49,973 nucleotides of DNA from Candidatus Enterousia sp. (GTDB lineage: Bacteria; Pseudomonadota; Alphaproteobacteria; Rs-D84), in the NCBI GenBank assembly GCA_045539815.1, contig JAZQGC010000033.1, positions 1 to 49,973 of the forward strand, read 5' to 3'. Shown piece after piece: positions 19,001 through 26,097 of the stretch. The position numbers and the translations under genes are program-made. Below the pieces are notes generated by a model, which ran no database searches, had not been told where the DNA came from, and worked only from the letters and a program-made list of their open reading frames with translations. How positions within the stretch are numbered: position 1 is the stretch's first letter; every line of letters starts with the position of its first letter.

Positions 19001-20156
19001 AAATTTCAATTAATGCTTCTTCGCGATTTGTTGTTTTATCTGCCAACAATGTGTTACGCATGTGCGCACTGATTGTTGTGTTATCAATGGAAATCAAGCT
19101 GATTTCTTTGATATTCATTTTGTCCAAATCGTTCAGGATTTCTTCGGTTATTTCTGTACCTGCTGGCAAGACAACTTCATCGCCAGACATAATTGGATCG
19201 AATAAATATTCACCAATCAAAGATTCAGGCAACATACCAAAATTCTTGGATGTATCCAACAGCTTTTTAATACGTTTTGCATTTAAACGATCGCCTTTGG
19301 ATGCAATAACCTTTTTGTCTTTTGGATTAATCAAATCATAATTCAGACGATATTTATCCAGACCTTCGAATGATGATGTTTCACCAACCCATAATTTGCC
19401 GTCAAAAGACAATGGAATACGTTTATAAAACGCACCCAAAATTTCAGTATCAGACATACCGCGAATCGAAGGCTTGCGTGGGTCTGCAATCCATGCTTTT
19501 TCATCTTCGGCCGATGGCAAACAGCGCAACAATACGGTTGCTGGAACCTTGCGACGACGGTCGATGCGAACATAAATTACGCCCTTGGATTCTTCGAAAT
19601 CAATCCAAGAACCATGTTCTGGAATAATACGCGCGGTATATGTGATTGGATTGCCTGCAACCTTGGCTTCTTTGGTTGTGGCAAAAACAACACCTTGGGC
19701 ACGATGCATTTGTGAAACGATAACACGTTCAACGCCAGATGCGATAAAGCTGCCGCGTTCTGTCATCAACGGCACTTCGCCCATGAATATTTCTTGTTCT
19801 TTGATGTCGCGCAAAGTTTTTTTGCCATCTTCGGCGACGTCCCATAATATTAATCTCAGCTTCAATCTCAACTTGCTGGAGTATGTCATGTTACGCAACA
19901 TGCATTCTTTTACATTGTATACAGGTTTATCCAATGTATATTCCACAAATTCCAAGTCGGCAACGCCGGCATAATCTTTGATTGGGAACATGGAAGAGAA
20001 TACATTTTGCAATCCCATATTTTTGCGGGATTGCGGTTCAACATCTGCCTGCAAGAAATCTTTATAGGAATTATATTGGATTTCAACTAAATCAGGAAGC
20101 GGAGTTTGCAAAATACCTGTACCAAAAAATTTTCTAGGTCTTTGGATAACTGCCAT
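16020..20156 (-). CDS. rpoB: DNA-directed RNA polymerase subunit beta
   Basis: 1378 aa. Conserved blocks GRFKMNKRL, SQLSQFMD, GRHGNKGIVSK, and a C-terminal EMEVWALEAHGAA. Confidence 0.98.
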   Translation of the reverse strand: MAVIQRPRKFFGTGILQTPLPDLVEIQYNSYKDFLQADVEPQSRKNMGLQNVFSSMFPIKDYAGVADLEFVEYTLDKPVYNVKECMLRNMTYSSKLRLKLRLILWDVAEDGKKTLRDIKEQEIFMGEVPLMTERGSFIASGVERVIVSQMHRAQGVVFATTKEAKVAGNPITYTARIIPEHGSWIDFEESKGVIYVRIDRRRKVPATVLLRCLPSAEDEKAWIADPRKPSIRGMSDTEILGAFYKRIPLSFDGKLWVGETSSFEGLDKYRLNYDLINPKDKKVIASKGDRLNAKRIKKLLDTSKNFGMLPESLIGEYLFDPIMSGDEVVLPAGTEITEEILNDLDKMNIKEISLISIDNTTISAHMRNTLLADKTTNREEALIEIYNIIRPGERPTLEAAINLFLRQGFEPAYYDLSAVGRFKMNKRLKIESGKKPEDERLLTKSDFLAVLKTLTNIIDRKDTVDDIDNLSNRRVRTVGELLEQNFRTGMVRIERLVREALSSPNIANMQPQEVINVKPLMSLVSEFLGTSQLSQFMDAYNPLSELEHKRLISALGPGGLNRERAGIDVRDVHPTHYGRLCPIHTPEGANIGLINHLATYARVNPYGFIETPYYVVENGRVTDKMIYLTADEELGHKIAQGNTPISADYTLAEEMVTARVDGEFTMVAKDEVDLIDVEPRQVVSIATGLIPFVENDDANRALMGSNMQRQGVPLLRVQAPLVGTGIEREVARDSRTGKVAKHSGIVESVDANRIVVKCMNSRNVVTGVDIYNLEKFERSNSETLIHQKPLVKVGDRISAGDIIADGSSMNYGELALGRNVLVAFMPWRGYNYEDSIVISERISRDDVFTSVKIVEKEFKVRDTQLGPESLTRDIPNVGEEALKNLDESGIIYVGARVKQGDILVGRVTPKSETLLTPEEALLRNIFGEKALNVKDTSLRVGPNEEGTVIGVSVLTRHGVKKDERTQMIELQKIEKINKDRDEEVAIIEKGFADQIFQIAEGLVIEAGTGSVKPFIGKKLTSEVFDGIKASDVKKLVVKNKEAQAKIDELREQHVIKLKQLNEKADAEVSKATESNSLSAGVLKEVKVYIAHKMKLQPGDKMAGRHGNKGIVSKVVPVEDMPYLADGTPVDIVLNPLGVPSRMNIGQILETHLGMAARTLGAQIGAVLDEVKAKRAVTDDLRNIMGKIYGPATAEKLEKMTDTDVRAQAALLRDGVPMATPTFNGASSEDIRNMLKLAGLPETGQFTLYDGMTGEKFARPVTVGVMYMLKLHHFVDEKIHARSTGSYSLVTQQPLSGKAHMGGQRLGEMEVWALEAHGAAHLLREMLTVKSDDIAGRNKMYESIVSGNNDIQTGTPEAFNVLVRELRGLGLAMTPKKID

Positions 20157-20410
20157 CGGTTTTAATCCTTTTTTTTATGCGTTTTGCAAACAAGGCGGTA
20201 CAAAAAGAAGATTTACAAACAAATTGTTAATTTAAATAAAATATTTTTAATAACGATTTGTTCAACAATCCCCTTTTTGTACCGCTTTTATTTATTATTG
20301 TGTATTTTACGCCTTTGTGCCCGCCTAGGATTTTATCCCACGCGGGCGGCGTTTTGTCATATTTTCATATGACGTATTTTTTGCTGGGACAAATGTCCCA
20401 AACAGATGAA

Positions 20411-20776
20411 TTATTTCAATTCAACTTTTGCACCAGCTGCTTCCAATGTAGCTTTCATTTTTTCAGCTTCATCTTTTGCAACTGCTTCTTTGACAGCCTT
20501 TGGTGCAGATTCAACCAAAGCTTTTGCTTCGCTCAAACCTAAACCTGTGATGTCTTTAACAGCCTTGATAACTGCCAATTTGTTTGCGCCAGCTTCTGCC
20601 AAGACAACATCAAATTCTGTCTTTTCTTCTGCAGCAGCTGCAGCAGGACCAGCAGCAACTGCAACAGCAGCAGCAGCGCTTACGCCCCATGTTTCTTCCA
20701 ATGCTTTGGACAGTTCAACTGCTTCCAAAACAGTCAATTTTGACAATTCTTCAACTAATTTTTGAATGTCTGCCAT
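20411..20776 (-). CDS. rplL: 50S ribosomal protein L7/L12
   Basis: 121 aa. [36 protein letters not shown], an Ala-rich hinge, and C-terminal [12 protein letters not shown]. Confidence 0.97.
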   Translation of the reverse strand: MADIQKLVEELSKLTVLEAVELSKALEETWGVSAAAAVAVAAGPAAAAAEEKTEFDVVLAEAGANKLAVIKAVKDITGLGLSEAKALVESAPKAVKEAVAKDEAEKMKATLEAAGAKVELK

Positions 20777-20826
20777 TTTTTCTACTCCTAATTTATTAGT
20801 TAGGTCAGAATATTGCTATTCTGATT

Positions 20827-21306
20827 TTATTGTTCTTTTTTTCCATACTCTGCTGAAACACGTGCCAAGCGCGATGCAGGTTCGACCAAAATACGCGCAA
20901 TTGTAGAACGAATTTCCAACAGGGAAGGAAGCTTGGATAATTGCAATACGCCGTTCGCATCCAGAACGTCTGCGTCCATTTTACCGCCCAAGATTGTAAA
21001 ATTTGGGTGAGATTCCGCAAATTTTGCCAATACTTTGGTAACAGCCAAACCATCTGTTGCAACCGCAACAGCTGTTGGACGACGCATCATTTCAGACACA
21101 GGTTCAAATTCAGTGTCTTTTAATGCCAACTTCATCAAACGGTTTTTGACAACCTTGAATACAGAAACCATTGGACGCAATTCATTGCGCAATGTTTCAA
21201 ATTCTTTTACTGTCAAACCATTGTTTTCAATAACGAAAACACCGTTTGCGTCTTTCAGGGACGACTGTAACGCTGAAATCAAATCTGATTTTTCTTCGCG
21301 TTTCAT
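20827..21306 (-). CDS. rplJ: 50S ribosomal protein L10
   Basis: 159 aa. Its position between rplA and rplL, and an L10-like N-terminus (MKREEKSDLISALQSSLKDANGVFVIENNGLTV). Confidence 0.93.
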   Translation of the reverse strand: MKREEKSDLISALQSSLKDANGVFVIENNGLTVKEFETLRNELRPMVSVFKVVKNRLMKLALKDTEFEPVSEMMRRPTAVAVATDGLAVTKVLAKFAESHPNFTILGGKMDADVLDANGVLQLSKLPSLLEIRSTIARILVEPASRLARVSAEYGKKEQ

Positions 21307-21340
21307 CTGTTTATTCCTTCAAGCTTCTGTTTTGTTTAAC

Positions 21341-21413
21341 TTTCCATCCAAGGTCGCCCTTGGGTGGGGCTTCGTTCCTGCCCCAAAGAATTTTTCTTTG
21401 TCTATGATGGAAA
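21341..21413 (-). promoter_or_regulatory. Structured rplJ 5' leader (candidate L10-leader autoregulatory element)
   Basis: RNA sense: closing helix tttccatc / gatggaaa (21406-21413 with 21341-21348). It encloses three hairpins: caaagaa/ttctttg, ggggc/gcccc, and ccaagg-GCGA-ccttgg (a GNRA loop). The position matches known L10 leaders. No covariance model was run. Confidence 0.4.
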
Positions 21414-21496
21414 TTAAGCAGTTTATTTTTACCACACCATCAGTCTTGGACAGAAATCTGTTTATGCGACCAGAATTTACACCTGGTCGCATTTAA

Positions 21497-22171
21497 TTAT
21501 TTTGCATCAACACGCAAACCTGGGCCCTGGGTTGTCGCAACAGAGATACCCAAAATATATTGACCCTTGGTAGATGCAGGTTTAACCTTTTTCAACTGAT
21601 CAATCAACGCATTTGCATTTTCAACCAATTTCGCTGTTTCAAAAGACATTTTACCAATACCAGCGTGGATAATACCCTTCTTTTCTGCACGGTATTCAAT
21701 CTGGCCAGCCTTGGCAGTTGCAACAGCTTCGGCAACGTTGTTTGTTACAGTACCCAATTTTGGATTCGGCATCAAACCCTTGGGTCCCAAAACACGTGCG
21801 ATTTTTGACATTTTTGGCATCATGTCAGGTGTTGCAATCACACGATCAAAATTGATATTGCCCGCAGCCACAGAATCAATCAATTCTTCACCACCAACAA
21901 CATCCGCGCCAGCTTTCTTGGCTTCGTCTGCCGCATTTGCAGTAAATACCGCAACGCGTACTGTTTTGCCCGTACCGTTTGGCAAAGACAACATACCACG
22001 AATATTTTGATCAGCCTTGGTTACATCAATACCCAAACGTATCGCGATTTCTAATGTTTCATCAAATTTCTTGGATGCATATTCACGCAAAGCATCAATC
22101 GCTTCGGCCAAAGAATACACTTTATCTGTATCCAAATTTTTCCAAGTTTGTTGTTTCTTTGTTAATTTCAT
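21497..22171 (-). CDS. rplA: 50S ribosomal protein L1
   Basis: 224 aa. DETLEIAIRLGID, LPNGTGKTVRVAVF, VLGPKGLMPNPK. Confidence 0.97.
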   Translation of the reverse strand: MKLTKKQQTWKNLDTDKVYSLAEAIDALREYASKKFDETLEIAIRLGIDVTKADQNIRGMLSLPNGTGKTVRVAVFTANAADEAKKAGADVVGGEELIDSVAAGNINFDRVIATPDMMPKMSKIARVLGPKGLMPNPKLGTVTNNVAEAVATAKAGQIEYRAEKKGIIHAGIGKMSFETAKLVENANALIDQLKKVKPASTKGQYILGISVATTQGPGLRVDAK

Positions 22172-22175
22172 GATA

Positions 22176-22607
22176 TTATTCCCCCAGCTTTACGCCCATA
22201 GAACGGCATTGACCAGCAACAATATTCATCGCAGATTCAATGGTAGAGCAATTTAAATCCGGCATTTTCGCTTCGGCGATTTCTTTGATTTGCGCCTGGG
22301 AAATTGTGCCAACAAAATCACGACCTGGTTTATGAGAACCAATCTTTAATTTTAATGCTTTTTTGATATAATATGACACAGGTGGCAATTTCATAATAAA
22401 TTCAAAACTGCGATCTGTATAAACAGTGATAATACATGGAATTGGCATTCCAGGTTCTTTGTCAGCCGTTTTGTCATTAAACTGTTTGCAGAATTCTGCA
22501 ATATTTACACCAGCGGCACCCAACGCCGGACCAATTGGTGGCGCAGGATTAGCCTGCTTTGCAGGGACGACCAATTTGACCAATCCCTTAACTTCTTTCT
22601 TTGCCAT
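22176..22607 (-). CDS. rplK: 50S ribosomal protein L11
   Basis: 143 aa. [30 protein letters not shown]. Confidence 0.97.
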   Translation of the reverse strand: MAKKEVKGLVKLVVPAKQANPAPPIGPALGAAGVNIAEFCKQFNDKTADKEPGMPIPCIITVYTDRSFEFIMKLPPVSYYIKKALKLKIGSHKPGRDFVGTISQAQIKEIAEAKMPDLNCSTIESAMNIVAGQCRSMGVKLGE

Positions 22608-22721
22608 TTTTCACTCCGTTTTTTTCGTTTGTGTCGTGGTACGATATGGCGTATCTACCACGGTTTGCTGTGATTTTACATGATATTTTTCAGAAAACCA
22701 CAAAAATCTTTTGTTACTGCG

Positions 22722-23255
22722 TTATACGCGTTCAACCTGATTAAATTCCAATTCCATACTGGTTTCACGACCAAACACCAGAACAGTCACTGTCATTTTT
22801 TGTTTTACATTATCAACTTCGGATGCGACACCATTAAAGCCCGCAAATGGACCATCGATAACATGCACTTCCTGACCGACTTCGTATTCAATATCATCTG
22901 TTGCGACCGCACCTTCTTCGACCTGTTTCAACAGACGACGCGCTTCTTCTTCGCTGACAGCAATTGGTTTATTCTTTGCACCCAAGAACATAACAACCTG
23001 GGGAACCTGTCTGACCAAGGTAAATGTTTCATTATTTAAAACCATCTGAACAACAATATAGCCAGGAAAGAATTTCTTTTCACTTTTTACACGTTTGCCA
23101 GCTTTAACTTCTGTAACTTCGCGTGTTGGGACCAAAATTTCACCAAACAAAGCATTTAAACGACGTTTATCAATCTGTTCACGCAAACCACGCGCAACCT
23201 TATCTTCGCACCCAGTATGAACATTAACAACAAACCACTGCATTTTTTCTTCCAT
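22722..23255 (-). CDS. nusG: Transcription termination/antitermination factor NusG
   Basis: ORF 22722-23261, with a GTG as the track start. The ATG at 23255 has the SD aaggaag 5 nt upstream. NGN (WFVVNVHTGCEDKV) and KOW (GQEVHVIDGPFAGFNG) regions. Confidence 0.93.
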   Translation of the reverse strand: MEEKMQWFVVNVHTGCEDKVARGLREQIDKRRLNALFGEILVPTREVTEVKAGKRVKSEKKFFPGYIVVQMVLNNETFTLVRQVPQVVMFLGAKNKPIAVSEEEARRLLKQVEEGAVATDDIEYEVGQEVHVIDGPFAGFNGVASEVDNVKQKMTVTVLVFGRETSMELEFNQVERV

Positions 23256-23276
23256 TTGCACTTCCTTTGCCTGTTA

Positions 23277-23456
23277 TTAGAAAATCCAACCAACAATCGC
23301 GTTTAATACACTGTCCACAACAAAAAAGAACAATGTCGCCAGACCAGAAAACACCAATATCATTATCGTTGCACGCAAACAGCTGTCGCGTGATGGCCAC
23401 ACAATTTTAAACCATTCGCTGCGAACCGACTTAAAAAAATCAAGCATTTTCTTCAT
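23277..23456 (-). CDS. secE: Preprotein translocase subunit SecE (59 aa)
   Basis: Not in the ORF track. My translation is MKKMLDFFKSVRSEWFKIVWPSRDSCLRATIMILVFSGLATLFFFVVDSVLNAIVGWIF. It has the typical SecE motif (E..KV.WPsr.e) and one TM. Its position is canonical, between tRNA-Trp and nusG. Confidence 0.88.
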   Translation of the reverse strand: MKKMLDFFKSVRSEWFKIVWPSRDSCLRATIMILVFSGLATLFFFVVDSVLNAIVGWIF

Positions 23457-23487
23457 AAATACGCCTATAACTAAATACAGTTATTAC

Positions 23488-23561
23488 TGGCAGGGGCAGA
23501 AGGAATCGAACCCTCATCCGCGGTTTTGGAGACCGATATTCTACCGTTGAACTATGCCCCT
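23488..23561 (-). tRNA. trnW: tRNA-Trp (anticodon CCA), CCA end encoded
   Basis: Reverse complement: aggggcatagttcaacggtagaatatcggtctccaaaaccgcggatgagggttcgattccttctgcccctgcca. 7-bp acceptor AGGGGCA/TGCCCCT, anticodon loop cuCCAaa, T-loop GGTTCGATTCC. Confidence 0.95.
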
Positions 23562-23759
23562 GTAAACACACTTTGACCACGCTTGACACTTTGCATACCA
23601 ATGCGACAGTCTGCGCAAGGATAGCACACAAATATAAAAAATCAAGCGGAAATATTATAATACTTTCAACAAATACACGCAAGAACTTTTTTAAAACGAA
23701 ACAAGAAAATACACCGACCCAAAAGCGCATATTTTTCTGTACTTTTTTTGTTTTTTCCC

Positions 23760-23789
23760 TTGCATAGCACACTGTTTTTTGTCTACAAT
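23760..23789 (+). promoter_or_regulatory. Sigma70-like promoter of the virB8/9/10-like operon
   Basis: ttgcat (23760-23765), 18-nt spacer, tacaat (23784-23789). It sits 27 nt upstream of the GTG start, which has the strong SD gggggag (23803-23809). Confidence 0.55.
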
Positions 23790-23815
23790 ACCACTGAATC
23801 CAGGGGGAGAATTTC

Positions 23816-24541
23816 GTGCAAAACCGCGTAGAACCGCCAGTTTTAATATCCAGGCTGATGACGTTCGTATTGGCGACCGCCATTGTTGTCGTCTGCGCAT
23901 TGGGGGTGACGCTGTCAAAAATGTTTCCACTTAACCGACCACAGATATTCTTTTTATCATCACCTGTTCGTGACGGTCAAGATATAAAACTGGTTGAAAT
24001 GCCACCCAAGGATGAAAACCTGGATACATATAAAAAGGCGTTCGTGTTTGAATACATAAAAAACAGAAATGAAATTGTCGCAGACGCAAATGCAATGCAT
24101 AAAAAATGGGACAGCCGTGGTCCTGTGCGCACAATGTCAACAGATGAAGTATATGCCGGTTTTATAAACACAAAAATATTTAATGATATTATGACCAGTA
24201 TACCCAAGATTGACGCACAATGCGCAGTGTTCTTTGACGGCGCACCAATGCTGTTATCATCAGACACACCAGAAACAGAATCTTATCAAATAAAATTTAG
24301 GTATATATGTAAAGATTATACTGGACCTGAGACACAAAAAGATTATACAATAAAGATAAAGTTATCTGAAACAGATGACAGAAAGATAAAATGGGTCGAC
24401 CGTATTGAAAACCCGCTGGGACTGAAAGTGGTAGAATATACCATCGTGTCCGGCGATGGTGACCCGCTGGATACAGAGTTTGTTCCATATACACAAATTA
24501 CTGATCCATACACAATTGAACAAACGGAAGGTTTGATATGA
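23816..24541 (+). CDS. virB8: VirB8-like type IV secretion system protein
   Basis: 241 aa. Short cytoplasmic N-terminus and one TM (LMTFVLATAIVVVCALGVTL). The post-TM PLNRPQIFFL resembles VirB8 LPLK..PYLV. KKAFVFEYIKNRNEI corresponds to the helix-1 region. The near-C-terminal ENPLGLKVVEYTI matches the VirB8 NPLGF.VTSY signature. GTG start with a strong SD. Confidence 0.8.
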   Translation: MQNRVEPPVLISRLMTFVLATAIVVVCALGVTLSKMFPLNRPQIFFLSSPVRDGQDIKLVEMPPKDENLDTYKKAFVFEYIKNRNEIVADANAMHKKWDSRGPVRTMSTDEVYAGFINTKIFNDIMTSIPKIDAQCAVFFDGAPMLLSSDTPETESYQIKFRYICKDYTGPETQKDYTIKIKLSETDDRKIKWVDRIENPLGLKVVEYTIVSGDGDPLDTEFVPYTQITDPYTIEQTEGLI

Positions 24542-26070
24542 CACTGAGAAATGCTTTTAAATTGAATATATCTGTATTATGTCTGGCTGCGTTATTATGC
24601 GCGCCATCATATGTATTCGCCGATGAATACGGTATCCAAGAAGCATGGGATAATCCGACCGCAAACATGGCCAGCGGCAGTACAAAGCCCGGATACGCAC
24701 AATTGTCCTGGGCCCCTGGTTCTGTTTTGCCAATAAAACTGCGTAACGGCATGGTAACAATGGTAACATTGCCAAACGGCGAACAAATTGCAGATGCTGT
24801 TATTGGAAATACCGGTCTGTTCACAATCGATGCAACCCAGGGTGACAGAACAATGTTCATTTCGCCAGAGGCAGCAAACCAAGGTTCTGATACAAACATG
24901 ATTGTAACCGGCAAGTCTGGCAATAAATACATATTCTATTTACGCAGCGAACCCGCAAACGCCAGTGAAATTACCTATTCCCAGGTCGATATTGTTCTGG
25001 ACGACGGTGGCGCGTTAACATCAAACGGAACACCCGCAGTGGTCAGCGGTGGAGCAAAATCAATCTTTCAAAAATCTGCCAAACAATCCAGCGTTGTTGG
25101 TGTTGATGGCGAAGATTACGGTTGGATAAAATCAATGAAAATTGACCCTTCTGAATTCAGATTTGATTTGGATATATTCGTCCCAAATCCAGACGATTAT
25201 GTTATCGCACCAGAACGCGTATGGCGCGACAGAATATTTACATATATTGACTTTGGCGACAAGGTTATTTCAATGACACAAAGACCTGTTGTATCATTGT
25301 TGGTCGAAGGCGGTGAATCCCCAGTCGGATTCAGAACAGATGGCGAAGACGGCAGATTATTAATCGTAGAAGCAGTCGGTGACATGGTGTTACGCAGCGG
25401 TCAAAGAATCGTATGTATCAAAAAACGCGAAAAACCGTTCTTGATTACCGACACTGCATCTGTTATGGCATTGGCTGAGGCAAATGTGGCACAGAGCATG
25501 TTGTCCGGACAATCACTGAACAATATTGCATACACAGACAGTATGGCCGCAATGAGCATGGGAACAAACTATACAGGAACACCTGTGTTTGTTGGTAACA
25601 CAGCAACAGTTAATCCAAACACTGGCGCGGGTTATTATATGCCAGCCGGATTTGTTGCGCCACAAACATTGCCCGCCACAGGCAGTGTTGTAAATATGCT
25701 GCCGACACAACGCAATACAGCCGGCGCGTATTTGCCACAAACAAATATACCGCTGATTCCAAGTAATCAATCAGGCGTTGCAATTGAATTAAAATCCGAC
25801 ACTTCGGTCAAGGCACTGGAAGACTATTGGACAAACATGCTGGCAAAATTCAGCGGCGAAGACGGACAAGGCCTGTTGACACCGTATAAAGACATGGTTT
25901 TCTTTGCGGTCGATGAACAAGGCGTCGGTGATTTGGGGGCAGATTCTGTCGCGGCGCGTCTGTACCGCCTGCGCGTGGGACCATTTGCAGATATCGATAC
26001 GGCACAAACACTGTGTGATAAAATGCTGAAATTCAGTGGTACCAGTTGCAATGTCGTACGCATGCAATAA
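24538..26070 (+). CDS. virB9: VirB9/TrbG/CagX-like T4SS outer-membrane core protein with C-terminal SPOR domain
   Basis: 510 aa. Signal peptide (cleavage near VFA/DE). N-domain: PGSVLPIKLRNGMVTMVTLPNGEQIADAVIGNTGLFTIDA...DTNMIVTGKSGNKYIFYLRS. C-domain: APERVWRDRIFTYIDFGD...PVVSLLVEGGESPVGFRTDGEDGRLLIVEAVGDMVLRSGQRIVCI. Then a low-complexity linker and a SPOR-like end (AIELKSDTS...LYRLRVGPFADIDTAQTLCDKM). The ATGA overlap with virB8 suggests translational coupling. Confidence 0.8.
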   Translation: MTLRNAFKLNISVLCLAALLCAPSYVFADEYGIQEAWDNPTANMASGSTKPGYAQLSWAPGSVLPIKLRNGMVTMVTLPNGEQIADAVIGNTGLFTIDATQGDRTMFISPEAANQGSDTNMIVTGKSGNKYIFYLRSEPANASEITYSQVDIVLDDGGALTSNGTPAVVSGGAKSIFQKSAKQSSVVGVDGEDYGWIKSMKIDPSEFRFDLDIFVPNPDDYVIAPERVWRDRIFTYIDFGDKVISMTQRPVVSLLVEGGESPVGFRTDGEDGRLLIVEAVGDMVLRSGQRIVCIKKREKPFLITDTASVMALAEANVAQSMLSGQSLNNIAYTDSMAAMSMGTNYTGTPVFVGNTATVNPNTGAGYYMPAGFVAPQTLPATGSVVNMLPTQRNTAGAYLPQTNIPLIPSNQSGVAIELKSDTSVKALEDYWTNMLAKFSGEDGQGLLTPYKDMVFFAVDEQGVGDLGADSVAARLYRLRVGPFADIDTAQTLCDKMLKFSGTSCNVVRMQ

Positions 26071-26097
26071 TTAACAGCAACACCCCAAGGGCATAAT

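Noticed and set aside
20319-20342. Shared 'ARLGFYPT' peptide / ~20-of-23-nt match between the rplL-rpoB spacer (20319-20342) and the antisense strand of virB10 (26869-26892)
   Set aside because: It is short and imperfect (gcccgcctaggattttatcc vs gcccgcctggggttttatcc). One copy lies inside a well-supported coding frame on the other strand, and the flanks show no similarity. Most likely coincidence. A genome-wide search for the 20-mer would settle it.
23583-23630. Second promoter or operator upstream of virB8 (ttgaca at 23583-23588; a duplicated 'atagcacac' 9-mer at 23621 and 23764; 'ttgcata' at 23591 and 23760)
   Set aside because: The TTGACA has no acceptable -10 at 16-19 nt. The duplicated 9-mer and 7-mer are short enough to arise by chance in AT-rich intergenic DNA. 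Noted, but not claimed.
23440-23883. 147-aa minus-strand ORF spanning the virB8 promoter, tRNA-Trp and the secE start
   Set aside because: It overlaps a canonical tRNA and the secE start codon. It has no motif support or SD. Spurious.
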